The notes under the pieces: generated by a model
What the model saw: the letters and a program-made list of their open reading frames with translations, nothing else
Database searches by the model: none
What the model was told of the DNA's origin: nothing
In this document: one piece after another, positions 1 to 14,300 of the stretch
Position numbering within the stretch: the first letter of the stretch is position 1
Layout: every line of letters begins with the position of its first letter
Assembly: GCA_964016885.1 (NCBI GenBank)
Contig: OZ024740.1
Span: 298,344,001-298,408,000, forward strand
Direction of reading: 5' to 3'
DNA length: 64,000 nt
From: Eledone cirrhosa
Taxonomy: Eukaryota
Made by a program: the position numbers and the translations under genes

Positions 1-1339
1 TCAAACCCCGCTAAGGTTAACTTTGCCTTTCATCCTTACGGGGTTGATAAAATAAAGTACCTGTCACGCACTGGGGTCGATTTAATCGACTTTCCCCTCC
101 CCCAAATTTCTGGCCTGTGCCTATATAAGAAAGCATCATTTACTATTATGTGTTCAGTTTCCCTATGATTATTTGAGTTATGAGAAAGAGGCAGAAGGAT
201 ACGAGTCTCAGAAAAAAAAATAACAACTTGCTTAAGCCTCCAATAACACTAGTTAATTTCATCCAGATTCATTTAATTGTTGTGGGTTTTCCTTTCACCT
301 TTAATTAATATTTGTTTTAATGCCTGGTATTTTATATACCCAAAGAGAAACATCTCACCAAATCTACTGACACTGAGTGTGTATGTGTACGTGCTGATGT
401 TTGAAACAAGTCAGAATATGAGAGAGATTGTTAACACTGACGTATATTGAGATAATGTGTTCTCTGTAAGAAGTTTATGACAGTGGAATGAATGTATCAG
501 TAAAGACTACAGACAGTATGACACATGGGTTCCAGTTAGATTAGCGAATAAATCAAAGTAGCATTACTAGTCAAGTTAACAGAGCTAACAACTATAGTTG
601 TTAGTCAGGGTTACAAAATAGTGGAGTTGACATAGTTCTTATTACACTTTTACCATTTCTAGCCAATTGACTGAGGCTAGAGCGTCAGACACTATGCTTT
701 ACATTATAAAGTTACAGCCCTTTTTGTTCTGATTTCAAATCCCGCCTAGGTTAGCTTTGCCTTTCATCCTTATGGGGTCGATAAAATAAAGTACCTTCCC
801 CTCCCCCAACAATTACTGGCCTTGTTCCTAAATCAGAAACCATTATTGCTTGCTACACTTTCTATAGCCGCCCATCATTTATTTCTTACTTATCATGTTT
901 CAGCTATCATTCCGATTAAGGCTGTGCTGTGTTTACTCTGGTTAAATATCTTAGCTATGAACTGGTGTTCCTTGCAGATTGTCACTCAACTTAAACATAC
1001 TTTGCTATCAGAGTGGAGTTGGCCGTCCACAGGTGCGAGCCCCGCAAGGTGGTGTGGCTGCTCTGGCATCTCCCTCACCGTCCTCCAGAGCAATGTATTT
1101 TTCATCTTGTTGGCCGGGACCCAGGGGCAGAGGGGAAGTCAGTTGAGGTACAGGATACTCATTCAGACGTCACTTTCTCTCTATTTCTTGTGGAGGTGCA
1201 TGACCTAGTGGTAAGGGTGTTGGACTTACGATTATAATGTCATGTGTTTGATTCCTGGGCTGGATTGCATGCTGGTGCTTTTTGTCATGAAACCAAAACG
1301 ACCACTTTACAGTGTGAACTGGGGATATGTCATTCATAA

Positions 1340-2113
1340 TGAAAACAATAAAAATAAGATATTTGCTAGAATTTCAGATGGATGTCATAGAAAAACTGAA
1401 ATCCTCAAATGCTGGTAACTTATCTGATACAGAAATTGAAGACACTTCCCACTCTGTAGAATTTAGAGTTTTCAAAAGGGATGTCCCAAGGAGATTAAAA
1501 GGGGGATCCAAAATGCACAAAGCAGCATTGTTTCCACCTGGTGTGGAAAAGAATTGCCTGCAGAGAATGAAAGATGTAAAATATACTTACTACGAAAAGA
1601 TAAATATTTCACCACCTACTATCAACCACTTTAAGGATGGGGCAAACGATGCAATGGACAGCTGAAAACTTGGCTGCACACCCTGAAATGCGACATCTAA
1701 ATACACCTGGGATCAAGTTTCTTCGGTACCTGTGATAGAATTGCGATTGATTATCCCTCATTTATTCAATTGCCTCCGATTGTCACGTGTGGTTTGCATT
1801 CGTGAAGGACAGTGAATTCCTTTGATGGAGCTGGCTAAATTCCCCCTGGGTGAACACAGCCACAAGTACAAATAAGTATCATAAGGCCAAGAAGTATTAT
1901 TGACCTAACAGTACTTACTTATTTGTATTATTGAGCTTATATTGTGAAGCAAATAAATCTAATTTGATAAAAATACCTTTATCTATTTTTAAAAGATTGT
2001 TAAATCAACATGTAAATACCTCTATTTTACTTTTTTTACAAAATTGTTATATCAATGTGTAGATTGAACATTGGGAAATTAAATGAAAATAGCTTTGGCT
2101 CCCAAAGAGTTAA
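1340..2113 (+). mobile_element. Decayed piggyBac-like transposon, 3' part
   Basis: ORF 1327..1665 (LLEFQMDVIEKL...VPRRLKG...KHKAALFPP..EKNCLQR) resembles the piggyBac/PGBD4 C-terminal region; ends CCCAAAGAG-TTAA at 2101-2113. Confidence 0.5.
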
Positions 2114-2173
2114 ATATATGACACATCTTGCACATTTGTTCAATGACAAGACACAAGCTTCATTCATAAGTCC

Positions 2174-2308
2174 TCAATGATTAATACCATTCTGCAAACA
2201 AATCTGATTTTGTTGGATGTAATTACTGTATTTGTCTTTGTAAGGTGTATTCTCCACAATCTGACTTAAATTTTCTTCCATTATTAACTGGAAAATTGAT
2301 CCCATCAC
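2174..2308 (-). CDS. KNTC1: KNTC1 probable terminal exon [44 protein letters not shown]
   Basis: atttctag acceptor, 44 codons then TGA (2174-2176). Confidence 0.78.
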   Translation of the reverse strand: MMGSIFQLIMEENLSQIVENTPYKDKYSNYIQQNQICLQNGINH

Positions 2309-5300
2309 CTAGAAATACAAGTAAGGGAAACAATAATGAAGCAAGAAAAACAAGTTATTCTCATCACAAATTCATGTATTTAAAACCTAGTAACATTGTA
2401 TATATTGGTGTACCATCAACTTTATGATTCTAAACTTAGCAATAGAACTCATCAGCTATCGATATAAGCACCAGTCATGTACTAAGATAGCATTAGAACT
2501 CATTACCTATCGCTATAAGCACCAGTCATATACTAACATAGCAATAGAACCCACCACCAACTGATATAAGCACTAGTTATGTACTAACATAGCATTAGAA
2601 CCCACCATCTATTGATATAAGCACCAGTTATGTACTAACATAGCAATAGAACCCACCAACAACTGATATAAACACCAGTTATGTACTAATATAGCAATTG
2701 AACCCACCATCTATCAATATAAACACCTGTTATGTACTAACATACCAATAGAACTCACCACCAACTGAATTAAGCACCAGTCATGTATTGGAGTTATTTC
2801 AAGTAACTTCAACAATGTCTAAATGTGCCCATGTTAGTGTTATTATGTTATTATGAACACCACAGAGTGATGGAAATGCCAGTATCAGTAGAGCTCCAGA
2901 CAAAATGATTTGCAGTATTTGGTTACAACTTTGCCTTTCATCCTTCTGAGGTTGATAAAATAAAGTACCAGTCAAGTACAAGAGGTCGATATAATCGACT
3001 TTACCCACTCCTCAAAGTGCTGGCCAAAAATGAATTGTTAATAACACTGCAACTGTTAACTCCTTCTTAATGTGAAGGTGCATGGTATAGTGGTTAGGGT
3101 ACTGTCCTCACAATTGTAAGTCTGTGGGTTTGATTTTTGGAATGGTCTGCATGTTGTGCCCTTGAGTGAAACATTTCATGTTGCACCAGTCCACTCAGTT
3201 GGAAAGAATGATTTGTGACACCACTAGTGCCAAACTTTACTGTGATATGCCTTTCCCTTGAACAACATCAGTAGTATGGAGAGGACAAACTGCTTTGTTT
3301 TCCTCAAAACACCTTACTCATACTTGTATCTTGGAGAGGAACTTTCCAACTCTTAATCCATTGTTAGTTATGATGGGGGTGGGGGGGGGGGGGCTATTTT
3401 AATATCATCTTTAACGCTTTTATGACCATATTTCTAATGAAATACACTATTTTAATTAATTAATGAAGAATTTTGAAGGTTTTACTAAAATCATTAATTA
3501 TTTCATTAATAAGATAGTAACTTAATGTCTTACATAATGTCCCATATAAAATGATGTTGGAAGATTTTAATTTAAATTGGAAACCTTTAAAATGGGAGGT
3601 TTTATTTCATAGAACCAGAGCCAGTTTTGGTCAGGTTGGTAACAAAAGGGTTAAAGAAGTAAGATCTTTCAATAGTTACATCTAAAGTATATATCGACTG
3701 ATTTATTTATTAACTGTGAATATCATCAGTTATTTTATTATAAGTACTAGACCGAGTTCAAATCCAGGAATAAAACACAATCATTTCATTTTCATTTTAC
3801 ATCCACTTTTTCCCTGCTTGCAAGGGTGGGACGGGAACTGATTCTGGCTTGATTTCTACAGCTTCCTAACACCAACCTCATTTACAGCGAGTGCTGGGTG
3901 CTTTTTTGCCGTGGAATGATATGGACCCCAGTCCCTATCATCTCATTTCTACAGCTGAGTAAACTGGAGCAATGTGAAATAAAGTGTCTTGCTCAAGAAA
4001 ACAACACATCACCCGGTCTGAGAATTGAACTCACAACCTTTCGATTGCAAGGTCAATGCTCTAACCACTAAGCCATGTGCCTCCAATGTGGATGTAAATA
4101 GTTTTATTACCATTTAACTCCTTAGCATTTACATTACTCTATATTTACTATAGTATTTTCATGGTAAACATCTTATCTCACATAATATTGAATTTACGAG
4201 ACTCGAATAGCATAGACTTAACCCTTTAGTAAATATAGAGTAATGTAAATGCTATTGTATTTTTGTGGTAAAGGCTTTATCTCACATAATATTGAATCTA
4301 CAAGATTTTGATATTATTTATATGAGAACAATACCTTAACGTCAGTATGAGTGGCTGGTTACAGCCAGTTTGAACAGAAAGAGGTGAAAGAATTCTGGCT
4401 GGATATGGCTGGTTTCAATGCTAAAGGGTTAATCTCCTTGATCTGCTATCAGAAGAAATGTTATACTAACTGAACCAATTGAAAAAAAAAAACATTCACT
4501 GACCTGATGAGTTATGGCAGAAGCAATACATTTATTTGTTGTTGATAGTAAAGAACTGAACAACTTCTTTGCACCAATAGAAATAATTTTCTGCACAAAA
4601 ATATAATCAAAATATAATTCTTAGCATTTTGGAATAAAAATAAATAAAAGAAGAGGAGTAACAAAACAGTGCATGTCTTTTTTTAAAACTTATATACCTA
4701 TAATAGGTTTGATTGAATAGCATTGCAAATGTAGACATTCAACTAGGTACTCTCAGGCCTTGAATAATCGCCCCTCTCTCGCTTATTAATTTTTCAGACT
4801 TTTTCCACCACTTGTTGCTCTTATTCCACCCCTCACCACTTATTAAATGTTTCTAATCTATCTCAGGCAAAATTTTATTTTAAGTGGTAGCATTCCTACG
4901 ACAATTGATTTTCTTTAGACATTAAAAATATTATGACAAAAAAAGTACATTACGTTATAATATAAATAGGATAGGTTGGGGTCACAATATGTATATTAAA
5001 AAACTAATTCTGGCTTTAAAAAAAAAAAAATCAATGGAGACAACCTAGAAAAATGACCGATTTTCCACCCCCACCAACTCTCTTATTCTAACTCTCACCT
5101 CCTATTATTTGGGACCTGAGAGTTAAAAAAAAATATAGAGATTTCTCAGTCAACATGGAAAACTAATCAGATATATAATGAAAAAGTAATCTGTGAAATA
5201 CCTTGAGTAATTTATCATTAATGTCAACTGACATCAGGAGACAGGAAAGTGCACATACAGGAAGCTCTAAATTAAGGAAATGCTTCGCAAATATATCAAG

Positions 5301-8300
5301 ATCCAAAGACTGAACATCTGGACATCTGGAAAAAAACCAAACAAAAACATTGTTATATCTGATCAAGATAAAGCGAGAGAGTATTTGAATTCATAAAAAA
5401 ACTCATCGCTAGAACAGCTCTTAAAACAGCCAAATACTGTCAAAGACAGCGATGGGCAAAAATGCCTCAGAGGACAGAGACCAGCAGCAAGTAATTTAAA
5501 CTTTAAAATTACAAGCCAACAAATGAGTTTTAACCTAAAAGAAATAGCAGTCAAATCTCCTACGAATCTATCCTACCATCTTAAAAATGAAAGAACACAT
5601 TTGGTTTTGGAGTTCTGGAAAAATATAACATAACAAAATAACAGGATGGTCTGTTTTATCAGAATGACTTAAGGCTACACAACAATAACCAGCTTTAAAA
5701 TTATTTTAGAGCAAGTTGAAATATATATAACCATTTTATAATGCACAAACCTTTGGATTAAGTTGAAAGCATGTAGGCATTCATCTAGCTGCTCATCTTT
5801 ATCAATAGTAGCTGGAAAAACAAAAATATAAATAATTTCTAACAAACACAGAAGGTAACAATTTATGTGGATGGAACAGTCAAATTCACTCCAGTATAAG
5901 ATAAGTAGTAATGAAAGATAAAGAGTGAAGTTGATTCGAGCAAGATTTGAATACAGAACACTGTAAGTCATTTTCTCTGTAACTATGAATTCTATAATCC
6001 ACCATCCACAACAAATAACAGTAATAATATCTACCATATCTCCTGGCACAGAAGACACTATTTTTCTCCTAAAATAAGTCTTGAAAATCTACTATGAGTC
6101 CTGGAGGCCAAAGGTTGTGTTTCTCATAGGCATATCCTAACACCAGAGGAAAATTACCTATACTAGACAGTAATCTGAATTCCTGTATATGACTTCTCAA
6201 TGAAGTGTATAAATTATACTTAGTTAAAGTAAATTAACAAAATATCATAAAAAATTAGGTAACAAGACCCGAAGTGCTAAGACCTTATTTTTATGTTTAT
6301 TATTATTTTTCAAATTTGGGGTCATCAACGTTGAGGTGTGCCCTTGAGGGCAGAGCATCTTCGACGATGGGAAATATGCTAACTTTGGTGCCATGCTATG
6401 ACTTTGTAGGTGAAGGTATCATCATCACAACTAACAACATAACCATCACCATTTAATGTCTGCTTCCAATGCTGGTATGTAATGGAAGGGGTTGTTACAG
6501 TCCGAGACAGTATTTATTTCAAATTACTGCTTTCCTAGTTGGGTTAAAACTATGTTCCAATTTTTGGTATGGTTGCTACAGCTGGATGCTCTTCCTAACA
6601 CCAACCACTTAATGTATTAGATGCTTTTCTACTTTAGGCACAAGGCCAGCAATTACCCAGTGCATTACTGGTACTTTATTTTATCGACCCCATAAGGATG
6701 AAAGGCAAAGTCAACCTCGGCGGGATTTGAACCCAGATCGTAAAGGGACGTAACTATGCTGGAAATGGCACCAGCATTAGAGAGAGGTTTTCATGCCTGA
6801 CAAGACTAAAGAGCATCTCTAACTTATGCTTGCTTTGTTCAAGCCTCAACCCTTTTATAGAGTGTATTGGGTGCATTTTGTCATGGCACCACCACAAAAG
6901 TTGATGCCTTGCTTACTCCTCGTATATGGCAAGAAGGGTCCTCTCCACACTATGCCATCTTGGTTCTTTCAAGGCAAAAGTGGCCAATTTGAATGTTGGG
7001 GGATAGTGATAAGATAAAGAGAAAAAGAAAAAGAAGAGAATATGTCTCAAAACAATATAAGGAAATAAAAATAGAAGCAATGTTTTTTTTATAACAAACT
7101 GCAGAAATGTTGGAAAAAAAAAAAATAGAAAAGAGTTGTAGAATTCTAAAAACAACTTACATTTATTCAAAATGGAAACAATAACAGTTTGCCAAGCTGA
7201 AGGTAATGATGGCATGAAACAAAGTGAAGGAATCTCAATAATGTGCAGCAGAATATTTTGAAGTTCTTTCATCTATAAAAATAACAATACAGAAAGTAAT
7301 AAACTATCCTATGAAGAAGCTTCTAGATGCTTGTTGAGCTTGTTTAATATAGCAGCCAAATCTTCCTTACAAACTGACTGTCATAGATTGTACATATTAG
7401 ATAATGCAGTCATAGATTACAATATATGTGAAAAACAAAATGATATGTACTCTCGAGGTCTCACTAGCGATGGCCGTAGCAATTTATTTGTGACCTCTGC
7501 TGGGTTTTTTAATTTTAGGCTGGTTAGATTTTTTGAATTTAATACCTATATGTATAACTTTTCAATTCCAATTACTTGCACCAAGCTGACTTTGATATGT
7601 AAAATTGGGGGTTTGCTGTGTATCCTAATTTTGTTGTGTATGGGAACCCCACCCAGATTGGATTGGACTGGACTGTATAGAGAGAAAAGGACAGAGAAAG
7701 AGAGAAATTAAGTCTATTACATACCATATTTAGATTCTTCATTTTTGTAATCAGAGATTCCCACAAGGTTAGGCTGTACATTTTATAATCAAGACACAAC
7801 CAACTGACCAAACTAACTGCTTGTTGAGCCTGAAAAAAATTATGATATATTTACTTGTTGGTTAGACACAAAGACACATTTGTAAAGTAGGGTTACAGTT
7901 AATAGTTAAACCAATATATTACTGGTACATCAAGCATGATATTCATGAAACTTTGATACTTCTATTGTAGAGGATTAATAAACTTAATATCAACAATATC
8001 TTTCTTAGGCAAAAATACATACACCATATTTTGGGGGCAGTAGAAGGGAGAATGTCATTTGATATTGGAGTCATCCTTTACTCTTGTGTCTCGAATAATA
8101 GTCCCCCACCCCCAACACTTATTAATTTTTCAGATTTTTTTTCCACCCCACCCCTGCTCTTATCAAATTTTGCTAATTTATCTTTAGCAAAAATTTATTT
8201 TAAGTAGTAGCATTCCTGTGATAATTAATTTTCTTTATACATGACAAAAAGTACATTACTAGAAATCCCATACATTATAAAATAAATAGGATGTGTTGGG

Positions 8301-11300
8301 GGTCTCAATATGTAAACTAAATGACTAATTTTGCTTTTTAAAAAAATCAACAGAGACAACCTAGAAAAATTACCAATTCCCTCCTCCCATTATTTGGAAC
8401 CTGAGAGTATAACAGTAATGAAAGTGAAGTGAAATTGTTTTAAACAGAGATTGAAATTGCATAACATATTCAATACAATAAAATTTCATCATCAAAGTTT
8501 TTACACACCATGAAAATATTCCTGAAATATCATCTTTATTACTATTGGCAGAATTTTGAACAAAATGCCTTGTTGTATTTAGCTACGTCCCTTTCTCCTG
8601 AATTCAAATTCCACTAGAGTTGGTTTTTCCTTTAATTCTAAAGGGGTGTTGATAAAAAATGTACATTATATATGGGGTTGATAAAATAAGTGCTAATAGA
8701 GTTACTAGAACTATTTTATTTGACAATAGTTACTCTCCATCAAGATTTGATAGTGTATATAAAAACAAAAGAAATCACTAACAAACTTAACCAAAACTGC
8801 AGAATCAATATCCTCATTGAAAAAATGTTTTTCATATCTGTGAACATAGTGGAAGAAATGCAGTGTTGAGAATGACCCATCAAACCCATGTAAGCATGAA
8901 AAAACGGATGTAAAAACGATGATGATGATATAAGCTACAATTGTTTTCCATCATTTTTCTTTTTTTTAGTAGAATTCAAAATAGTCTTATCAAATTTAAA
9001 TAATTATTGAAATTATTTTTAACCTTATTTCCATTACTATGATTCTTCCAAACGCTTTTAGCCAGTTTTTCTTTGTTGCAGTCTTCAAAGCTCTTTGCAG
9101 TCATGGCAATACTCATTTTCTCCAGGTTAACAATATACAGCTGGTTTCGAATTAATCTCCTTTTAGATAGGAACATTTTGAAAATTATTACATCAATTTA
9201 ATGAATGTGGTTGAGATTAAAGAAAGGAATCAAGCAAGACAAGTATGTTACATAACCAAAAGACACAACTGACCCAGCAATTGAATTGATACAGACATTT
9301 TTATCAACATATGTAATCCATGTTATAAATCCATTTTGTACTACTAACTATGATAGCCACTAATATCTGAAAGAAATTCTGTTGCTATATATGAATGAAG
9401 TCAACAGCAGAATTGCTAAAGCCAATATTTGCCAATTTTCCAGTATGTTAGCGAAATGTGGAAATCTTTAGAACAGGCTTGATAAGAAACTTAATAGATT
9501 GTACATAAACTACTTGTGCAAAACACTGCACATTCACTGGCAGGTACTGAAGTCTCCAATTGCATGATTTTACCAGGAACCACTCTCTCCTATTTAGGTC
9601 CAGCTGCACTCATCAGATCATATTGTCAGATTAAATGATTAAAGCTTTCTGAAACATCAATCTTCAGGTAGAGAACAAATGCCACAATCAGTGGACAGAA
9701 CAAATGCCACAAGAACATTGTCATTGTTTACCAAAAGACTTTATAGCACCAGTTGAAAGAGCCTTCCTGCTAAGATCATCTACACGATGTAGCAGCCTCA
9801 TCAGGAAAGGTACGAAGATTAGAAAATCTGAACAGAAGACAGAGATATGAGAGTCCTGCATTAGCACATGGTGCTGAATATGTCTTCCCAGCAACAGAAC
9901 GTGTTATAACTATATTGGATTTGTCTGTCAGCCCTGCACACAGTCTTCAGTCGTCTGTCTCATAACTGATGTTATAGCTATCATGTTTAGGATGAACAAA
10001 CAAAATATAGCAAGGAAATCTGTTCATAACACCTTAGCCGAAATATTGGATTCAGAAACAACATTAAATCTACCAATAGAGTAATTCAAGATACAGGTGT
10101 TGTGAGAGTTAAGTGTGAAAGGTTTCACAGCCATGGATTTGTTGGGTCTGTAGTAATGGCCACCACTCAGATTTTCTTTGAACTCACATCATCTCAAATC
10201 TGTGAGGCTCAATTTCTTAAGGTTTGATCTCATCACTATTTCCCAATATGATGATCATTGTCATTGTTAAAATGACAACGGAAATTTTATCAAACACACT
10301 GACACAAACACCAAAAAGATTAACTACTTTATATTCACAAATGATATTACTTGTAATGGCACAAACCTGATTTCTTCAAGGCTCATTGATGTGATTTTTG
10401 TAATTTCCTCGATTGATGCCACATCAAACAGACAGAGGAGAGCCTGTAATTGGTATACCCTTGACATGGTTGAGTTTTCAAACTATATAAAAACAACAAC
10501 AGATATCAAATGAATGATGTTCTCTCCAGTAATGATATTCAAATATCTAAGATAATTTTCACTTTCATCCCAACATCTGTTTTACATACTTGCAGGGGGT
10601 GGGGTATTTATTTATTGGAACAACTGATATTTTTAGAAGTTGATTCAACTTATGTCCTTGTTCAACTTGAACTCATGAAAGTTAGTAACCAAGAGGAACC
10701 AGTGTTTTTATGCAAGAGATATAAATCTGCCACAGACTACCTGGCTAACAGCAAGATATGTTTCTCTTCTCTGAATATGATCTCAGCAGCAGAAAGAGAA
10801 CGCAGCTGTTTAAACAGTTGCTACAACCGTTCACTGTTCAACATCTATCTTTCCATGCTTGCTTGGGTTAGATGGGTCATTCACATTATGAGAAAAGTCT
10901 GGCCAGTTGGCAGCCTTGTACCTTGATCAAATGAACTGTATTTTGGGTGTATTGTTTTACAGCTGGATGCCCTTTCTAACACCAACCACATTTACAGTGT
11001 GGAACTGGGTCTGACCAGTTGACTGCGCTGTACCTTGCTCATAACACACACACACACACATATATATATGCAAAAGGTAAACAGAAATACCAAAGCAAAC
11101 AACACTGTACAATGAATAAATATATTAATTTATATAAAATATCAAAAATATTACCCCAGATGCTTTGCATTGAAAACTGATTATACAAGAAGAAAAGAAA
11201 AACAATGAGATGCTGACGTTGATACTATCATCACCATTTAATGCCTATTTTCTCTGCTAGCAAGAGTTGGACAGGTCATCATAGACCAAGTCAGTAACCA

Positions 11301-14300
11301 GCTGGAGCCATTGATGGAGTTGGGTGCACCTTACATACATTTTTGCACTTTACAGAGTGTACCAGGTGCATTTTATGAAACGAACACAATGGAGGTTGTC
11401 ATGTCTTTGACACAACTGAAGAGTCTACTTAACTCCTTGTTTGGCAAATTTTCTATGGCTAGATGCCATTCCTATCAGCAACCACTTTATATAGAGTACT
11501 GGATGCATTTTATCATGGCACCAGTACTAAAGTGGTTATTATGCTGTGACTAATGAGTCCTCTCAGCCCTTTATGGCATAGTTGCTAAGGCTGCAAGCTA
11601 GTCCTAACACCAACCACTTTACAGTGTACTGGGTGCATTTTTAATGATTCACAGGCATTAGGGAGATTGCCATCACTGAATGAACTGAAAAACCCTCTTT
11701 ATATGGGAAGTGGGAATGACGACTTGTCCCAAGTGAGAGGGGGCAATAGGATGGAGAGAGGCAAGGAAAATGACAGGCCTGATGTCATGGGAGTTGGCAG
11801 TGTGATGTGAGAGTGAATCAGGAAGGGGAGATTCTGGATAAGTGGTGGTGGGGCAGTGAAGATAAGATCAGTTACTAAAACTGTCAACATTTAGGGAGCC
11901 ACCCAGGTAATTAAGAGAATCTATTTCACAAATGCTCTAAGTATTATTCCTTTATATCTGTCACATTCAAAGTCTACCTTCTCCCTTAAACCTGCCTATA
12001 ATCCAAATATATCTCTTATTTATATAAATATCAAGTCTATCACTCTAGAATGCTCATTGAATAACAGAACTAAGAACTTACCTGAGCAGAATAACCAAGT
12101 AAGAAAGATATATTGCGTTTTATATCTCCACTCCTGAGGATATATGCAACACTGGTTGAAAAATATAAATATATAATTAAAAAATAAGAGCATAACAAAT
12201 GTAAAAATGAAATTACTCATTGAACATTGTCCTGGACTATCAATTTAATGGATTTTAGTTCAGCTCTAGTATATGTCATATTTTGAACAGTATCAGTCTT
12301 TATATTATAGGCATTTGTGAACAATAACTCTGTTCAAATAGGTACCTGACCTCAAAAAGGTATCAATACAGACAAGTTATCGTGTCTTTTGATGCAAGCT
12401 TTCTACAGCTGGATGCCCTTCCTATCCCAACCACTTTACACCATGTATTGGGTACGTTTATTTTGTAGATCATCTACACTAGAGGTTGTTGTGTCTTTGA
12501 CACAACTGACAGGTTCTCTCTAACCTTTTAGGCATAGTTTCTACAGTGAGGTGCCCTTCCTATCACCGACCACCCATATGGAGTGTACCAGGTGCATTTT
12601 CATGGCACCAACACTAGAAAGGGTATTGTGTCTGTCACACCATGTTATCTGTTTTCAAACTACTTGGAAGCACTGAAAGTCAAAAGAGTTTAGGAGAAGA
12701 CATACAATAAGTTTATTTTGAATGACTTTCAAACAGTAGCTTGAATTTTAAAAGAAGTGTTAACTCTTAGAGGATGAGGATCGATATAATCAGTTGTCCT
12801 CCCAGTTTTGTAAAAGAAAGATTAAATAGCTAATGACTAAGAATATATTCATATAATTTTCAGTGTCTGTTATTGAAATTGAGATTATTTTTATTACAGA
12901 ATTTAAAAATAATAACATCTGTATTGATTTTGTATCTTTATAAACATGGCTCTTTTTTCTTCAGTGTAAAAACTGAAGTAGGTTTCATTGCAAAAAGGGT
13001 TATTTTTAGTTTGGTATTTGTTCATCTTCATTAACTTTTCCATGTCAGAAAGGATTGAACACAACTTTTTGAGATGTGTGTGTATCATCATCATCGTTTA
13101 ATGTCTATTTTCCATGGTTTAAATGGGTTGTCCCGTTCGAGGCAAGTCGGGTCAGGTGACTGTGTCTTACTCATACAGAAATGTTCCTGGCTTGGTTTTT
13201 ATGACTGAATGCCCTTCATAATGCCAACGACATTTACAGTGTGTGTGTGTATACATATATACATTTACAGTTGAATCATTAAAAAGAGTAGTGATACTGT
13301 AAAAGGCTGTGGTAATCTGTGATTAGTTACTGACACACAGAAGACAAACAAAATATTTAACAAAAGAAATAACAAATCTTATGACATTAAGATACAGACT
13401 CCCATCCTTTCGTAATAAAAATGCAAGACAAGATTAACTACACTTGATATTCCCCCTCCATACACATGCACACGTGTGTATCATGATTCATACACTGTTG
13501 ACTTTCCTGACTTTTGTACATTATTCTATGTACTATACATAAGGTGGTGGATTGGCAGTATTGGTAGAGTGTCAGACACCATGCTTTGCAACAGAGTTAT
13601 GGCCCTTTACGTTCTGAGTTCAAATCCTACCAAGGTCAGCTTTGCCTTTCATCCTTATGGGATTGATAAAATGAAGCACCAGTAATACACTAGGGTAATT
13701 GCTGCCCTTGTGCCATAAGTAGAAACAATTATTCTATGTACTATACATGCACTTTTGGCTACTTTTTCTGATGAGTTGTAGTGCACCTGAAAACTGTACA
13801 TCATTTTCATCATATAAGATGTCTGATTTCTTCCAGGCTGCTTTCATGCCATAAAGAATCTGACATACCTTCTAATATCAAGTGGAGAGAGCAAGTAAAA
13901 TACTTACCGTTTGAAGTTATCACCTTCTAGCTGTTTACCATTAAATTCCATGATGGACATATTACCAAGATCAAATGTCATTGTCTGAAAAGATATATCA
14001 TATACTGTATTTGCTGTCATTGAAAACACTTCACCCTTGAGGACGTACCTCAATTTTGACAACCAAAAATTTGAAAAACAATAATAAACATAAAAATAAG
14101 GTCCTGGCCCTTTGGGTTTTGTTACCTAATTTTTAATGATATTTTGTCTATTTACTACTTTCACTAAGCATAATTTATACACTTCATTGAGAGGCCATAT
14201 ACAGGAGTTCATATTACTGTCTAGCATAGATAATTTTCCTCTGGGGTTAGGATATGCCTATGAGAAATGCAATTTTCGGCTTCCACGGCAAGTGGTAGAT

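Noticed and set aside
822-1237. Overlapping plus-strand ORFs of 128 and 74 aa
   Set aside because: They span SINE pieces and an unassigned GC-rich fragment, and show no recognisable domain.
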